A stretch of 63,982 bases of DNA, counting the filler, from Collodictyon triciliatum (lineage: Eukaryota): assembly GCA_043381765.1 (NCBI GenBank). It is 3 parts of 3 records of this genome, joined end to end, with 100 filler letters (N's around TTAATTAATTAA, not from the genome) between each part and the next. Parts side by side here need not be neighbours in the genome. Positions count along the whole stretch, not along the records: positions 27,603 to 54,985 come from JBHJMP010000995.1; 2 more parts are not named here. One strand, 5' to 3'. Below the pieces are notes generated by a model. That model was not told where the DNA came from, made no database searches, and saw only the letters and a program-made list of their open reading frames with translations. The position numbers and the translations under genes are program-made. This document shows positions 38,201 to 50,216 of this stretch, in pieces (the first letter of the stretch is position 1; each line of letters begins with the position of its first letter).

Positions 38201-40562
38201 GAAGGACAAAACGATAGTGCGGATAATTTTTTTTTTTATGATTATGCACATATCATTCACTCTAATCTGTTAATTAAGTTATCATGGTATGTGTGTAATT
38301 TTTAAGTCATTTGGTTGTTCTTTTAAATAGTTTATTTGGTTTTAGCATGTAATGAAAAAAGAACTACAAGAGCGAAACGACACGATAGGGCAGAAAGAAA
38401 AGCAAATTTTTGAACTGAAGCAGAAAAACCAAGAGCTGGAAAAGTTCAGATTTGTCCTTGATTACAAAATCTCTGAACTCAAAAAGGATATCGAGCCTCG
38501 AGACGACCAGATAAGCGATATGAGAGAGCAGATTAAAGAAATGGACGACGAACTTCAACGAGCCCATCGGAATTCGGATAAGCTCGACCAGGTATGATTC
38601 GGGCCAATTTACATATAGTCTTCTGCATTGGGTTGATTCTGTTGATATTTCCGCAATATTTGATTTCATGTACTCATTTTCGAACAAATAGATACTTCAC
38701 GAAAGAAACCTTAAAATCGAAGGACTGAATACGGAAATTGCGAGCTTGAGGTAACACTTGATTTTTTTTTGATTTTTTTGAATGGAGATACATCATACAA
38801 CAATTATGGGTTATTTCATCCTTCCTTTGTTATAAATCATATACTGAGCGAAACTAAGCAAGATTTTGATATATATATATAGAAAAACAAATATGGATAA
38901 AGACCGCCTTATCAAATTGTTTGTTGAGGACCTGCACAAACTGTACACAGACACAGACCCTACCATGTGGAGAGACGGTATCAAGCAAATGTACTCGCTT
39001 ATCAAACATCTTTGTCTGCATTGTCCATTAATCATAACAGTTATAATTCTTTGGATTTATAAAGGTAGGCCATAAGTTTCTAAACTGATTATTTTCTCAT
39101 CAAACTATCCTTTCTATCAGGTATGACACCTATGTGACCAAAGCAAGTCGAAAGCGTATCAGTAAAGACGAAAAAGAAAGAATTGAAGGTAACGACGCTG
39201 ATCAATTTAGAGTTTTAGTATTCAGCTATAAATCTTAAAAAAAAAAAAACAAGTTGCATTTTTGATCCGCTTTTTTATTCTTATTTTCATAAAAAGTACA
39301 ATTTTGCATAGTCGATTGTATTCTGAAAACAGATGCTTGCAGAGTTTTCTAGGCAGCGCGAATACATGGAGCGTTCTCTGTCCACTTTGAAAAACAAAGC
39401 CGTGCGAACTGAAACGAATTTAAAGCAAGACTTTGTTAAAAAGCTGGGAGAAAATGCATCTTTGATAGAGTTTGTCTATTATTAATATTACTGAAAAATT
39501 TATTTGTGAATAGCTTTGTGATTTTGCCTTTCAATTAATACTGAAAACAATATGATGAAACACGCTTCACATGACTTCTCTCATTTTTTCTTTTTTCATT
39601 GACCGACAGCGAGTTGAACACTCTCCGCAGAGAACACCGAGAACTCGAGCTGAAGTATTCCACTCTTCAGGTACGATATATGATTTCATGAATACGAAAA
39701 CAAACGAGCTTTTTTTTTGGCATTTGATCTGAAATTAAGGCAATTTATCCACTACCCAAATTCAACAACTGGTCTGGATACAGCCCAATCAATGAAAATT
39801 TACAAATGACAACCAGAAGCTTATTTAATTAGTCTGAGTTCATATGATTGCCAACCATTAGTCCAAAGTGCAATCCCAAGAAATTGCTGCTCGAACACGG
39901 GCCCGTACACCGCCATCTCGCAGCACACCAAAGGAAGATATCCTCCCACTACCCCCACCAAGCCGAGGCAGAATAATCAAAGGAAGCACAGTCACCTCGG
40001 CAGGCGACTTGACTCGGTATGCTAGTACCTTTGTATTCCATGACTTGAGCAATCACTTGAGAACTGAAACAATTACAAATACTTACACATACAGCAGCAC
40101 CATGTACAATTTATGTTAACTTATGCGTACCCCACAAAAGCTCTGAGAGGATGCGAATGTCTGAATTGTTACTCCAAGTGGAGGAGAATAACAAGGAAAT
40201 TGACATGTATCGGCTCGAAATACAGAGGTTGCGAGACCAAGTGGCCACTCTTTTGCAGCGCTCCATCGTGGCAGAATCTAATGGGAATGGTAGCCGATGA
40301 CATCCAAATCAAACCAATCATTGTCCAAATATCTACTTTATATATAATTATTCTCGTCATCCAACTAATGACAAGGATACGAAATACCATTATTATTTTT
40401 ATTTCAGTTGGATTTGCTGTATCAATTCTCATCACTTATCCATCTATGTTATTGTTTTTATTTTTTAAAAAATCAGCAGATGGCTGGTTGCCTCCTGCAA
40501 ACGGCTCCCAGGGCCAGTTAGAGGATGATAGTGCGGCACGGCCCAGCTCCAGCTCCAAGTAA
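32286..40562 (+). CDS. CFAP57: Cilia- and flagella-associated protein 57 (WDR65): WD40 propellers plus a long coiled coil, about 30 exons
   Basis: Motifs FAFGLQGKIKDNVIYLDEERILYPVG, FSGDSKFLVAQSGSPDYTLIYWNVEK, FHDGQITGLDISVRKPFVVTCGSDRSVRIWNY, SVSIHPSGFHILVGFSDRLRL, VRFSHGGQYFAA and ELKQKNQELEKFRFVLDYKISELKKDIEPRD. Confidence 0.95.
36976..37032. repeat. (TTTCTG)n hexamer microsatellite in a CFAP57 intron
   Basis: Perfect tandem hexamers. Confidence 0.93.
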
Positions 40563-41524
40563 GTCGTGTTTTACCTCTCTTCCACCTTTGCCCTTTCCTC
40601 CACACCTTCCAATCCCAAGTCGCACAAGAAGGCTTCGCCCACCAATACCCAAACCCATGCTTGCATCACGCCCTCACGCTCTCCAAATCTCTCACAGAAA
40701 AGGACGAGGTACGCGCGGCAATATGATGCTTCAGGCCCTCAGCCCATAGACCCGTTTGCACACTGAAATACCGCAGCATTGTTGAGACGTGGTGCCATGA
40801 AGTTGTTAAAGGGGCAAAAGAATTGTGGTACACCTCTCCAACATATATTTCAGAAGCGAGAATACCAAAGGAATAAATGTGACATTTTAAAACGGCACCA
40901 AAGAAATTCACGGAAAGGAGATTCCCAAGGAAATATGGATAAATGTGGACATATGGTATATAATATACAGCATCGCATGTCACATCGATGCCCAATTCAG
41001 GTTTCTGGCCACAGTCGCAGCCACAAACGAACACACAAACCCACCACACGCTTATATTCCTGCCAATGAAAAAGCTTGGCTTCGGCACGCATATATACCT
41101 TTCCTTTTTCTTCATTCTATTTTATTAGTTTTCACTTGTGTGTGCGCGTGTGTGTGGAATCGACACGGAAGCAAATAATCACCTGCCGATCCGCCTGTTC
41201 GTACCACAACACATTATCCGGTTGTGACATGTGTGCGCCGCTCTTGAATAGTGTGTGAGAAAGAAAGAAAAAACAAAGCACAGACAATCTCGCTTGGCAT
41301 TGGACTATGAGGAAGAAGCCCGTCCGAATCCTGGCCCACTTTTCGCTTCCATCGCCCAATTTCTTTTATTTCTTTATTTTTTTTCTCACATTGATGTCCT
41401 CTCTTTTCTGTTAAAAAAAAGGTTTTAGTTTTAGTATTAGCGTTCATATTATTGGTAATGTTTCTTTAAATAATAATAATATTAAAAAAAAACCCAGTGC
41501 AAAGCATAGACACCACACACAAGA

Positions 41525-44500
41525 ATGGCCCAGGAGTCTTCTTCCAGCTGCTTCACTTTTGTCTTGGTGGGCGCATCAGGCGACCTTGCAAGGAAGATCA
41601 CGTTTCCGACGCTCTTTGCACTCTTCCGCAAGGATCTGCTGCCTCCAAACACCATCATTGTGGGTTACGCTCGCTCGGAGCTGAAGCGTGAGGATTATCT
41701 GCAGCGAATCCACGCAAACATCAAGGCCGATCAAGAGACACTGGCTCGCTTTGATTCTATGTATGCCACCTTCCTGTGCATAGTTTCTTTTCGTTCCTTT
41801 ATGTATAGTTAGAACTACATTCTTTTTCTTTTTTCTCTCTTTTATTTATTTATTTATTAAAAAAAATACAGCAACTTTTAAAAACCGCTTTTCTTTTTGT
41901 GTGTTTTTAGTTGCCACTACGTCGCAGGCAAGTATGAATCAGCTGAAGATATGGCAGTGTTGGACAAGTTTGTTACTGAACATGAGAGCAAGTTTGAGAC
42001 TGCCAACCGTGCTTTCTACTTGGTTTGCCTCTGCCTCACGATTTGTTTTCATACAGATGAAGACACCTGTGCCCACTCATGCTTTCTTCTTTTTGTTGTT
42101 ACATATATATTTTGCACGAAGCCTCTCAGTGTGTACTCAATGAAAGGTTCGTTTCTCATTTAGGCCATCCCACCCAATATCTTTACAGACGTTTCCCGTT
42201 CAGTGAAAACAAGTGCCATTCGAAACAATGGATGGTAAGAGGATGTTTACTTGCAACCACAGAAGGAGGATTTTGCTATACTTGTGCATGTTGTTGGTGC
42301 TGGAGCTCACATACTCATAGTGACCAAAAAAAAAAAAACCAAGACGAATGAGTGAAAATGAAAAGGGGAAAAGTGTACTTAAGAATTGAAAGTCATTACA
42401 AATATTAGTTTTTGGAAGTCGACAAGCCTTTTGTTAAATGAAAGGAATGTATTTTCTTTTGTTAAGAATATCCTGTTGACTTATTTATCGCTTTGCTACC
42501 AGGACAAGAATAATTGTGGAAAAGCCTTTTGGTCGTGATTTGGAAACAGCTACTGTTTTGCTTGACCAACTCAGTGCTCTCTTTGATGAGTCGCAGATGT
42601 ACAGAATCGACCATTATCTTGGTATCAATAATATCCTAACATACGTCTCGCGAATGCATCGTTTTGGGGGAAAAATATACTTTTTTCTTTATTATGAAAA
42701 AGAAAATATGCTTCAAGATTTCGACAAAACGCTCACATGTCCTTCAAATTCTATTATATGTTATTCAACTTTGTATATTGGAAAAGTTACCCAAAGAAAT
42801 TACACACATATCAAGAAAATCTGAATTCATTGTTGATAGTTTGTCTAATCTATGTAATCTTTTCTTCTCATTCCGCAAGGCAAGGCAATGGTCCAGAATC
42901 TCATGGCCCTCCGCTTCACCAACAGAGTTTTCGAGGTACCTTGAATCCAAGGAGCAGATATTTTTTCTGCCAGAGTGTGGCGAATGATAGAAATATGAAC
43001 AAATATCGCAACAATTACTATTTTTTCTTTTGTATTGTTCCCACTCCAAATAACGTCTTTGCCATTCAGCCTCTCTGGTCCAACCAGCACATCGCCAACG
43101 TGCAGATTGTCTTCAAAGTATGTCACTCATTAAACACGAAAAGAAAGGAATTCTATATTGAAACATATTCAAGGCGTATACGTTGCGAGCATGAACTTCT
43201 CACGACTTTATCATCCATCGAAATGCCACTCAATTGTTTCTTTATTTCCCCCTTTTTAAGTTCTCCATCTTATATTTAAGAAAACTATTGTCCTTATCAG
43301 GAGGATATAGGAGTCACTGGGCGTGGAGGATATTTCGACAATTATGGTATTATTCGTGACATCATGCAGAATCACCTGTTGCAAATACTGACCCTTGTTG
43401 CCATGGAGCCACCTTGTGATAATTCTGATGAGGCTATACGCGATGAGAAGGTGATTATCTCGACCTATTATTATTGTTTGAGCAGTTCTCAGAGCTAAAA
43501 TCTTGAAGCCATAATTACCCCATCCACCTATCTAAATCAAACTATCCTTTATGGACTTGTCGGTGCGCACTATGATAGGTGAAAGTACTGAAATCAATGG
43601 ACGTCTTAAAGCTGGAAGATCTGGTTGTCGGTCAGTTTGCCGCAGGAAAGGTACATGCATATACAAAAATGATCATTTAGCATGAGAAGATTATATAATT
43701 CAATTCCTTTCTTTCAAAAACGAATCCATATTCAGTTCACTTTGCTTGCATTCTGAATAGGGAGAAAAAGGCTATCTTGAACTGGATGACGTCCCCAAAG
43801 ACTCCGTCACACCCACATACGCCTGCGCTCATTTTCGCATTCGTAACCACAGATGGGAAGGAGTTCCCTTCATCCTAAGGAGTGGGAAAGGGCTGGATGC
43901 TAGGTAGCTTCTGCATCTTACACTTTATTCAAATATGATTTTTTCTTATATTCATAGTGTATCAAAAGGTGAAATAAAATTAAAAAAAAACAAAGAAAAG
44001 ATAAACTCGCTTCTTGCCTAACGCATTTCCACAAAAAAAAAAAATCATTAGAAGAATATGATAAATTTTATTGTTCTTTCTTTCATTTTGCGCAATATGT
44101 CGGTGGCTTTGACCTTGGTGAAGAAATGAGTATTTCTCTTATTCCTGATTAACTTTATTCAGAAAAACGGAGGTTCGCATTCAGTTCAAGCGTGTTCCCG
44201 GCAGATTCTGCGATGTAGGTGTTCTCATAAATTTATAAAACTTATAGTGTATTCTTTTGCAATTTAGTTAGAGTAGCAGCGACAGTGGCATATTAATGAA
44301 CTGAACAATCTTGCCCTTCATGTCGATGGATTCAAACCTTCTTGCTTATCATCAGGGACAGGATACTTCACAGAACGAGCTTGTCATTCGCGTTCAGCCA
44401 CAGGAGGCACTCTACCTGAAGATGATGACAAAGATGCCCGGCCTTAACAACGACTTTGCGCGCACGGAACTGGATTTAACATATCACTCTAGGTTCAAGG

Positions 44501-45150
44501 TTCTGATGCAGCCGCTTTCTTGTTTTCTATATTTGAAAAATAAAATACCTTTTTCAGTTGAATTCACGTATATCTTATCTTTCTTGTAGGTTGATATCCC
44601 TGGGGCTTACGAGCGATTGTTCTATGATGCTGTGAAAGGAAACCAAAGCCTTTTCGGTACTATATCCATTCACATTGATTTCAGCACAATTGCCAATTGA
44701 GACTTGTTTATCTTTCCTACTTTTCTTTTTTTTTTTTCTTCCGCTTTATATTACCTCAGCAAACCCACTGAGACCTTTTGATGACTTTAGTTCGAAAGGA
44801 TGAGATACTCCACGCTTGGAGAATATTCACTCCGGTTCTTCATGAGCTCGAAGCGAAGAGGATTCAACCCGAGCCTTATGAATTTGGCTCTAGAGGCCCC
44901 GCAAAGGTATGTTTGTAGAATTGTTTGTGTATTGAAGCTCTTTGTTATCGAGATTTCGAGAAGAGTGAAATGAAAAACCGTGAAATATTGTTGAAAACGA
45001 AATCAATCAAAAAAAAAGAAATAAGTTTATGAAAATACGCGGCGGGATAGTCACCTCTCTTAATGCGCGCAGGCCATCGCTATGATTCAAGAGCTGGGCT
45101 TTGTCAGAGACGAATCCTACATGTGGAAGACGGAGGTTGGTAGACACTAG
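41525..45150 (+). CDS. G6PD: Glucose-6-phosphate 1-dehydrogenase, stand-alone (no 6PGL fusion), about 14 exons
   Basis: Motifs [86 protein letters not shown] and YEFGSRGP. Confidence 0.98.
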
Positions 45151-46052
45151 ACCGGTAGAATGCATGATGGGTTGGAGTGAGAGAACACGCTTCTCATAAA
45201 CAAGAGAGGAGTCATTTCCCTATAAGTAACACCATCAAGCCGAGCTGTTTTAGATGTTCACTGCCCAGAGCCTTTTTCCTTTTCTCTTCACTCCGCCCGA
45301 TTTCAATAATGGCAGAGAGGGCAACTTTATAGCTGCTATGTGTGCGATGAAACGCTATTTACGCGCGAGTCACACGAAACCTCGACCTTCGGAGAGTCCT
45401 GCGCCATTCTGCTCTCGCTCTCGTCGCGCATGACTGTTGCAAACAGATGTTTGATTGTAACAAGTAGATGCATGATTGCAACAAGCAGCAGTATGATTAT
45501 AACAAGGAGATGCAGATACTGAAAGAGGCTTTGTGAGTGGGGGCGTGGCGTGTGAGGAAATCCCGTCCGGTTACAATCCAATCGTACGGACAGGCACAAT
45601 AAGGATGGCACTTTCTTCTTCGTTCTCGTCTTAGGATGTAGAATGATAATAAAACTATGAAAAGCGCGCAGTGTCTGGCAAGAATACAAAACCCGAGTAG
45701 GATTAAAGGCTGTTAGATCGTAGAGTTGTTGAATCAAACATAAAAAAAAAAAAGAAAAAAGAAAAAAAAGGAGACTTATAGTGTCAAAGTACTCAATAGA
45801 AGTCCTTCCTTTTTTTTTTCTCCCTTTCCTCTCTCTCTTTTTTCTTTCTTTCTCCCTTTTATTCTCGCAAAGTCCACTCCGATCGAACTGGAGCGAAAAC
45901 GACTCATCCACAAGAGCCCCTCGAATAAGCCCCAAGCCCAATACCCCTTATCTCCTCCTTCTAAACCGCTGCCTTGTGTGTTCCCTCAGCCCGGTTCTTT
46001 TAGGGCCGCGTGTTTAGAAGACGGACACAATCTGCCTCCGACACGAGGGACA

Positions 46053-47415
46053 ATGAGCTTCCAAAAGGAACAAACACACGATCGACCGCGCTCTTTCTCA
46101 TCAGCCTCTGCTGCGGGCTCGCTTCCCGCTTCACAGTCCGCTCTCCCACCGAAGAAGCGTTTCGGGCATTCACTATCCTGCATTGACTTTGGGGGGTTCG
46201 ATAACGCGGCGTACATATTCGGTGGCTGCCTGGCTACGGGAAACGCCTCTCAAGACTTGTATAAGCTGGACTTGGGTTTGTGATTGTATCTCTGTTGTGT
46301 GAGGATGTTATAGAAGTGTGATGTGTTATCATGTTGGAGATATGAAATTAGTTGTGTGTTTGTTTGTTTATTTTTCTTTTTTCTTTTTTCTTTTTTCTTT
46401 TTCTTTTTTGTCTGAATTTATCACCAATATTCTGCTCTCACTTTGAGCAGACACAATGAAGTGGGACGCAATTACTGTAACAGATGGAGAACCACCGCAG
46501 CCGCGTTTCTCTCATGCCTCTGTTATTCTTGGAAGAAAACTTTTTGTGTTTGGGGGCTGTGATGACCATAATACCTGCTTTGGAGACTTGCATGTTTTTG
46601 ACTTTGGTAGGAATCTGTATGTCGACTGACGATAATGACGTTATATTCATCTGTAAAATAATCATATCAAATATTATATCTCTTTTCTTTTCAACTTTTC
46701 ATTTGTATGGATATTGCCCCACTAGATCTAAGCATATCATTCATTTATTCTTCTTTTTTTTTCTTTTTGTAGACATATCGTGGCCTATTGCATGTGGGTT
46801 TACTACTCATTAAAAAAAATAATGAATATTTGTATAGAAAGACTTATCTCTTTTTCTTTTTCGTTCATTACTTTTCAAACTCTCCTGTCATATTGATTAG
46901 ATGACCGCTCATGGGAGACTCTTTCTGCTGGAGGCCGGCGCCCATCTCCAAGGCACGGGCATACAATGAGTGCCATAGGAAATAAAATCTATTTGTTTGG
47001 TGGGATGTTCCAGCAAACCATATTTGGAGACCTATATTGCTTCGATATAGGTGCCAAGAAAAACACATTATTTTATCTTCAAGCTCTCATTTACTTTTCA
47101 TCTAATCTACATGCATCCATTCTTATGCATGCATCTTGAAATATGTGTATCGGTAGACACCGTCGAGTGGGAAAAACTTGAAATGGAGGGAATAGTACCT
47201 TGCCCACGAGCTTTACATTCTTCTATCACATACAATCATGTATGCTTGGTGGTCAATCATCAAAAATGCATTTTATAAATGTGCCTATTCAAATATTTTT
47301 TTGATGTTTATTTATGGGGAGTCACCACTCGTTTTTTTATATCGCATTATTGTTATCATTATTATTATCATTATTATTATCATTATTATTATCATTATTA
47401 TTATCATTATTATTA

Positions 47416-47453
<38 letters not shown>

Positions 47454-49022
47454 CTTTCCTCAGAAAATATACATGTTTGGTGGAAGATCTGGGATGAATG
47501 AGTCTTGTAATGATATATGGGTCTTCAAAGCAGGTATCGTTCTGGGTTCTTAAAGAAACGAACCTATACTGCTTTTTTTTCTTTTTATATACAAGTATGC
47601 TGATTGATTATATTAATACATTAATTGCTATTTTTTTCAGAAAAAATGACATACTTTCGAATTAAATCATGTAGAAAAAGGAAGGCCTGAAGAATGGGAA
47701 TATATCAAAGCAACGTTCGGTTTTTTCACTTGTTTACATATATGCTTATTTTAATAAGGTTTCATAAAAAAAAAATTAGTGGCTGACAAAGATTTAATCA
47801 CAAATGTTTAAAGTGGTGTAACACCCTCACCTCGATTTTCTCATGGGATGGCTGTCTATGGAGATAAATTGGTTGTATATGGAGGATTCACAACTGATTC
47901 TCAAATATTACAAGACTTGATTTGCTTCGATACTGGTAATACATATCCATAGTAACACATATTTTAGTGTGTTCATGTTACCATATGCTGACTTGTGCTC
48001 TTATTTTTTTTTTTTAAAAAAAAAATACATTATTGCCTACCTTGTCTGAAGTCTCTAGAATGTGGCATCATACCTCCGTCAAACTTCATCTTCCTCAGTG
48101 CTACTCTCACACGTGCATTGTGTATAATGACAATCTCTTAGTATGTCCTCGTTCTTTACATTCATGGGGAAAACTGCCTGTGGTTGCATTTATTTTTTTT
48201 CACTCACACAAACTATATGCCCGACCACTAGATCTATGGAGGACGTGATAGATACGGTCCTTTGCGATTAGACCTGCTAAGTGTTAAACTTGGTGAGTTA
48301 ACATGTTCTATGTTACATACCTTCTGTATCTGTATCTGTATCTGTATCTGTATCTGTATCTGTATCTGTATCTGTATCTGTATCTGTATCTGTATCTGTA
48401 TCTGTATCTGTATCTGTATCTGTATCTGTATCTGTATCTGTCTTTTTTTATTTTTTTTTTTATTGTTTCTTTGCATTACATGATAAATGAATTTTGGATG
48501 CTATTTTGATCACAAAACAATCGTTAATAAAACAAATATTTTAAAAATAATCTAAACCAGCATCAGAGACACCAAAACCCAGTATCAAAACACCCAACTT
48601 TCCAGAGCTCCGATTTACAGATGAAAGCGCGACAAGAGGTGACTTTACGATTGTTCTTTACTCTCTGAGGGAGGACATTTACTTGAATAATCGTTTTCAT
48701 ATACTGACTTGGGCCCAGAAAAGAGAAGAAGAAAAAAGAGCATTATACCACCTTTTCTGGTTGCAAGAGAGTGGGAGATGAAATTATTCCCTCTCTCACT
48801 CTCTTGAAGACAATTAATGAATTATTTCAAACATTTATGTTGTATTCGAGTACAGAATCGAGTTCGAGTTGGGCCAAAGGTTCCAGTTTGGTACCGCAGA
48901 TACCCCACGGCGCCGAGCTTTCAATCAGCCGTTCTACGCGACGGGTTTTTAGATGGCAAAATAACACCTTAGCTGGATTCTTTGGTGGTTTGGTGTTGGG
49001 CTATTTAATTGGATTGAGGTGA
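46053..49022 (+). CDS. Six-repeat Kelch beta-propeller protein with a C-terminal transmembrane segment (tail-anchored), 11 exons
   Basis: Six repeats RFGHS..IFGG, RFSHA..VFGG, RHGHT..LFGG, RALHS..MFGG, RFSHG..VYGG and CYSHT..IYGG. The protein ends TLAGFFGGLVLGYLIGLR*. Confidence 0.88.
47346..47451. repeat. (ATT)n/(ATTATTATTATC)n microsatellite in a Kelch gene intron
   Basis: Visible compound repeat ending just before the acceptor. Confidence 0.9.
48323..48441. repeat. (CTGTAT)n hexamer microsatellite in a Kelch gene intron
   Basis: Perfect tandem hexamers. Confidence 0.95.
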
Positions 49023-50216
49023 GTGAGTTTATAACTGAATTATTATTTCTAGTGGATGAATTGTTGGTTTGTTAGTTTGTTTGTTTGTTTTTTTTTAAAA
49101 AAAAAAAAAATCAATCAAAACAAAATCGCCTAGAGGAACCAACATTCAAACTCTTTCAGAATTTTCCATAGAGATTATAATGTTTTCGAATTTTCTTTCC
49201 CTCGCTTTAATTTTATTTTGCTGTAGATCTTATCTACCTTTCCCCCCCCCCCCCCCATTTTTCTCATCTGTCTCAAATCAGGAGAGGAAGCGCCGCCATA
49301 ATTCCATCGAAAGAAGATGTTGCTGAAGGTTCAATCAGTGTATTTTTCTTCGTACTAGAGCTGATTTTTCGGTTTAGAAACGGGATTGGTGCTTTCCTGT
49401 ACCAATTGAGGTATTCATTTGCTTAAACCCCGATAGCACGTTCGTCTCATACACCAAATTACTGCAAAAATTGTTGACCAAAAATATTAAGGTTGCATGG
49501 AAACATGTTATTGAATTAACCGGTCGCTTTATTTTCTCTCCTATTTCACTGCACTTGTATCTATCTTATTTCCATTTATTTTTTGTGATTGGCAAACAGC
49601 AAAACACAAGGACATGGATAATTCCCTATCGTCTTAATTAAATCTTCAATGTGTCATTTCGTTCAAATGCCGAAGCCTTCGCCTCACTGCCATAAATAAA
49701 ATCTTGATACAAGTAGTCGTTTACACACACATCACCCAGCTGGCGCATGGCTCACAAAGTTACAGCGGTGTTCAAAAATAATCTAATTCCCAATATTATA
49801 GATGATATTATATTTATCTAACTATATAGATAAATGTAATATCAATAGACACAATTCCTTCTTTTTTTTCTACCTCCTGTCAATACAAAATCAACACAAA
49901 CATTGCATAGGAAAAGGAACAATTTTTAGCTCAAGTTTTTTTTTTTTGATACTTATTGCTGCATTGATTCTCAAAAGAAAAAAGTGCATATATGATTAGC
50001 AAATAGATTTTAAAGAAACCAACCAAGATTTGAACCTCATCGATATTATTTATCAAGATAAAGAATGGAGGTGGATTTCTCTCTTCTGATTTGATACTTG
50101 TGTTTATCAAGTCGCATTTGTTTGCTTTGGTTATGAAGCAAAATAATATTTAATAGAGAAAAAAAGGTAAAAAAAATGCAGAGTCGTAAATCCAAAGCCA
50201 GAGACATGCAACGCCG

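Noticed and set aside
49270..50130. Possible extra minus-strand exons downstream of the RasGAP
   Set aside because: The RasGAP frame already stops at 50217 and the short open stretches could not be joined into a coherent protein.
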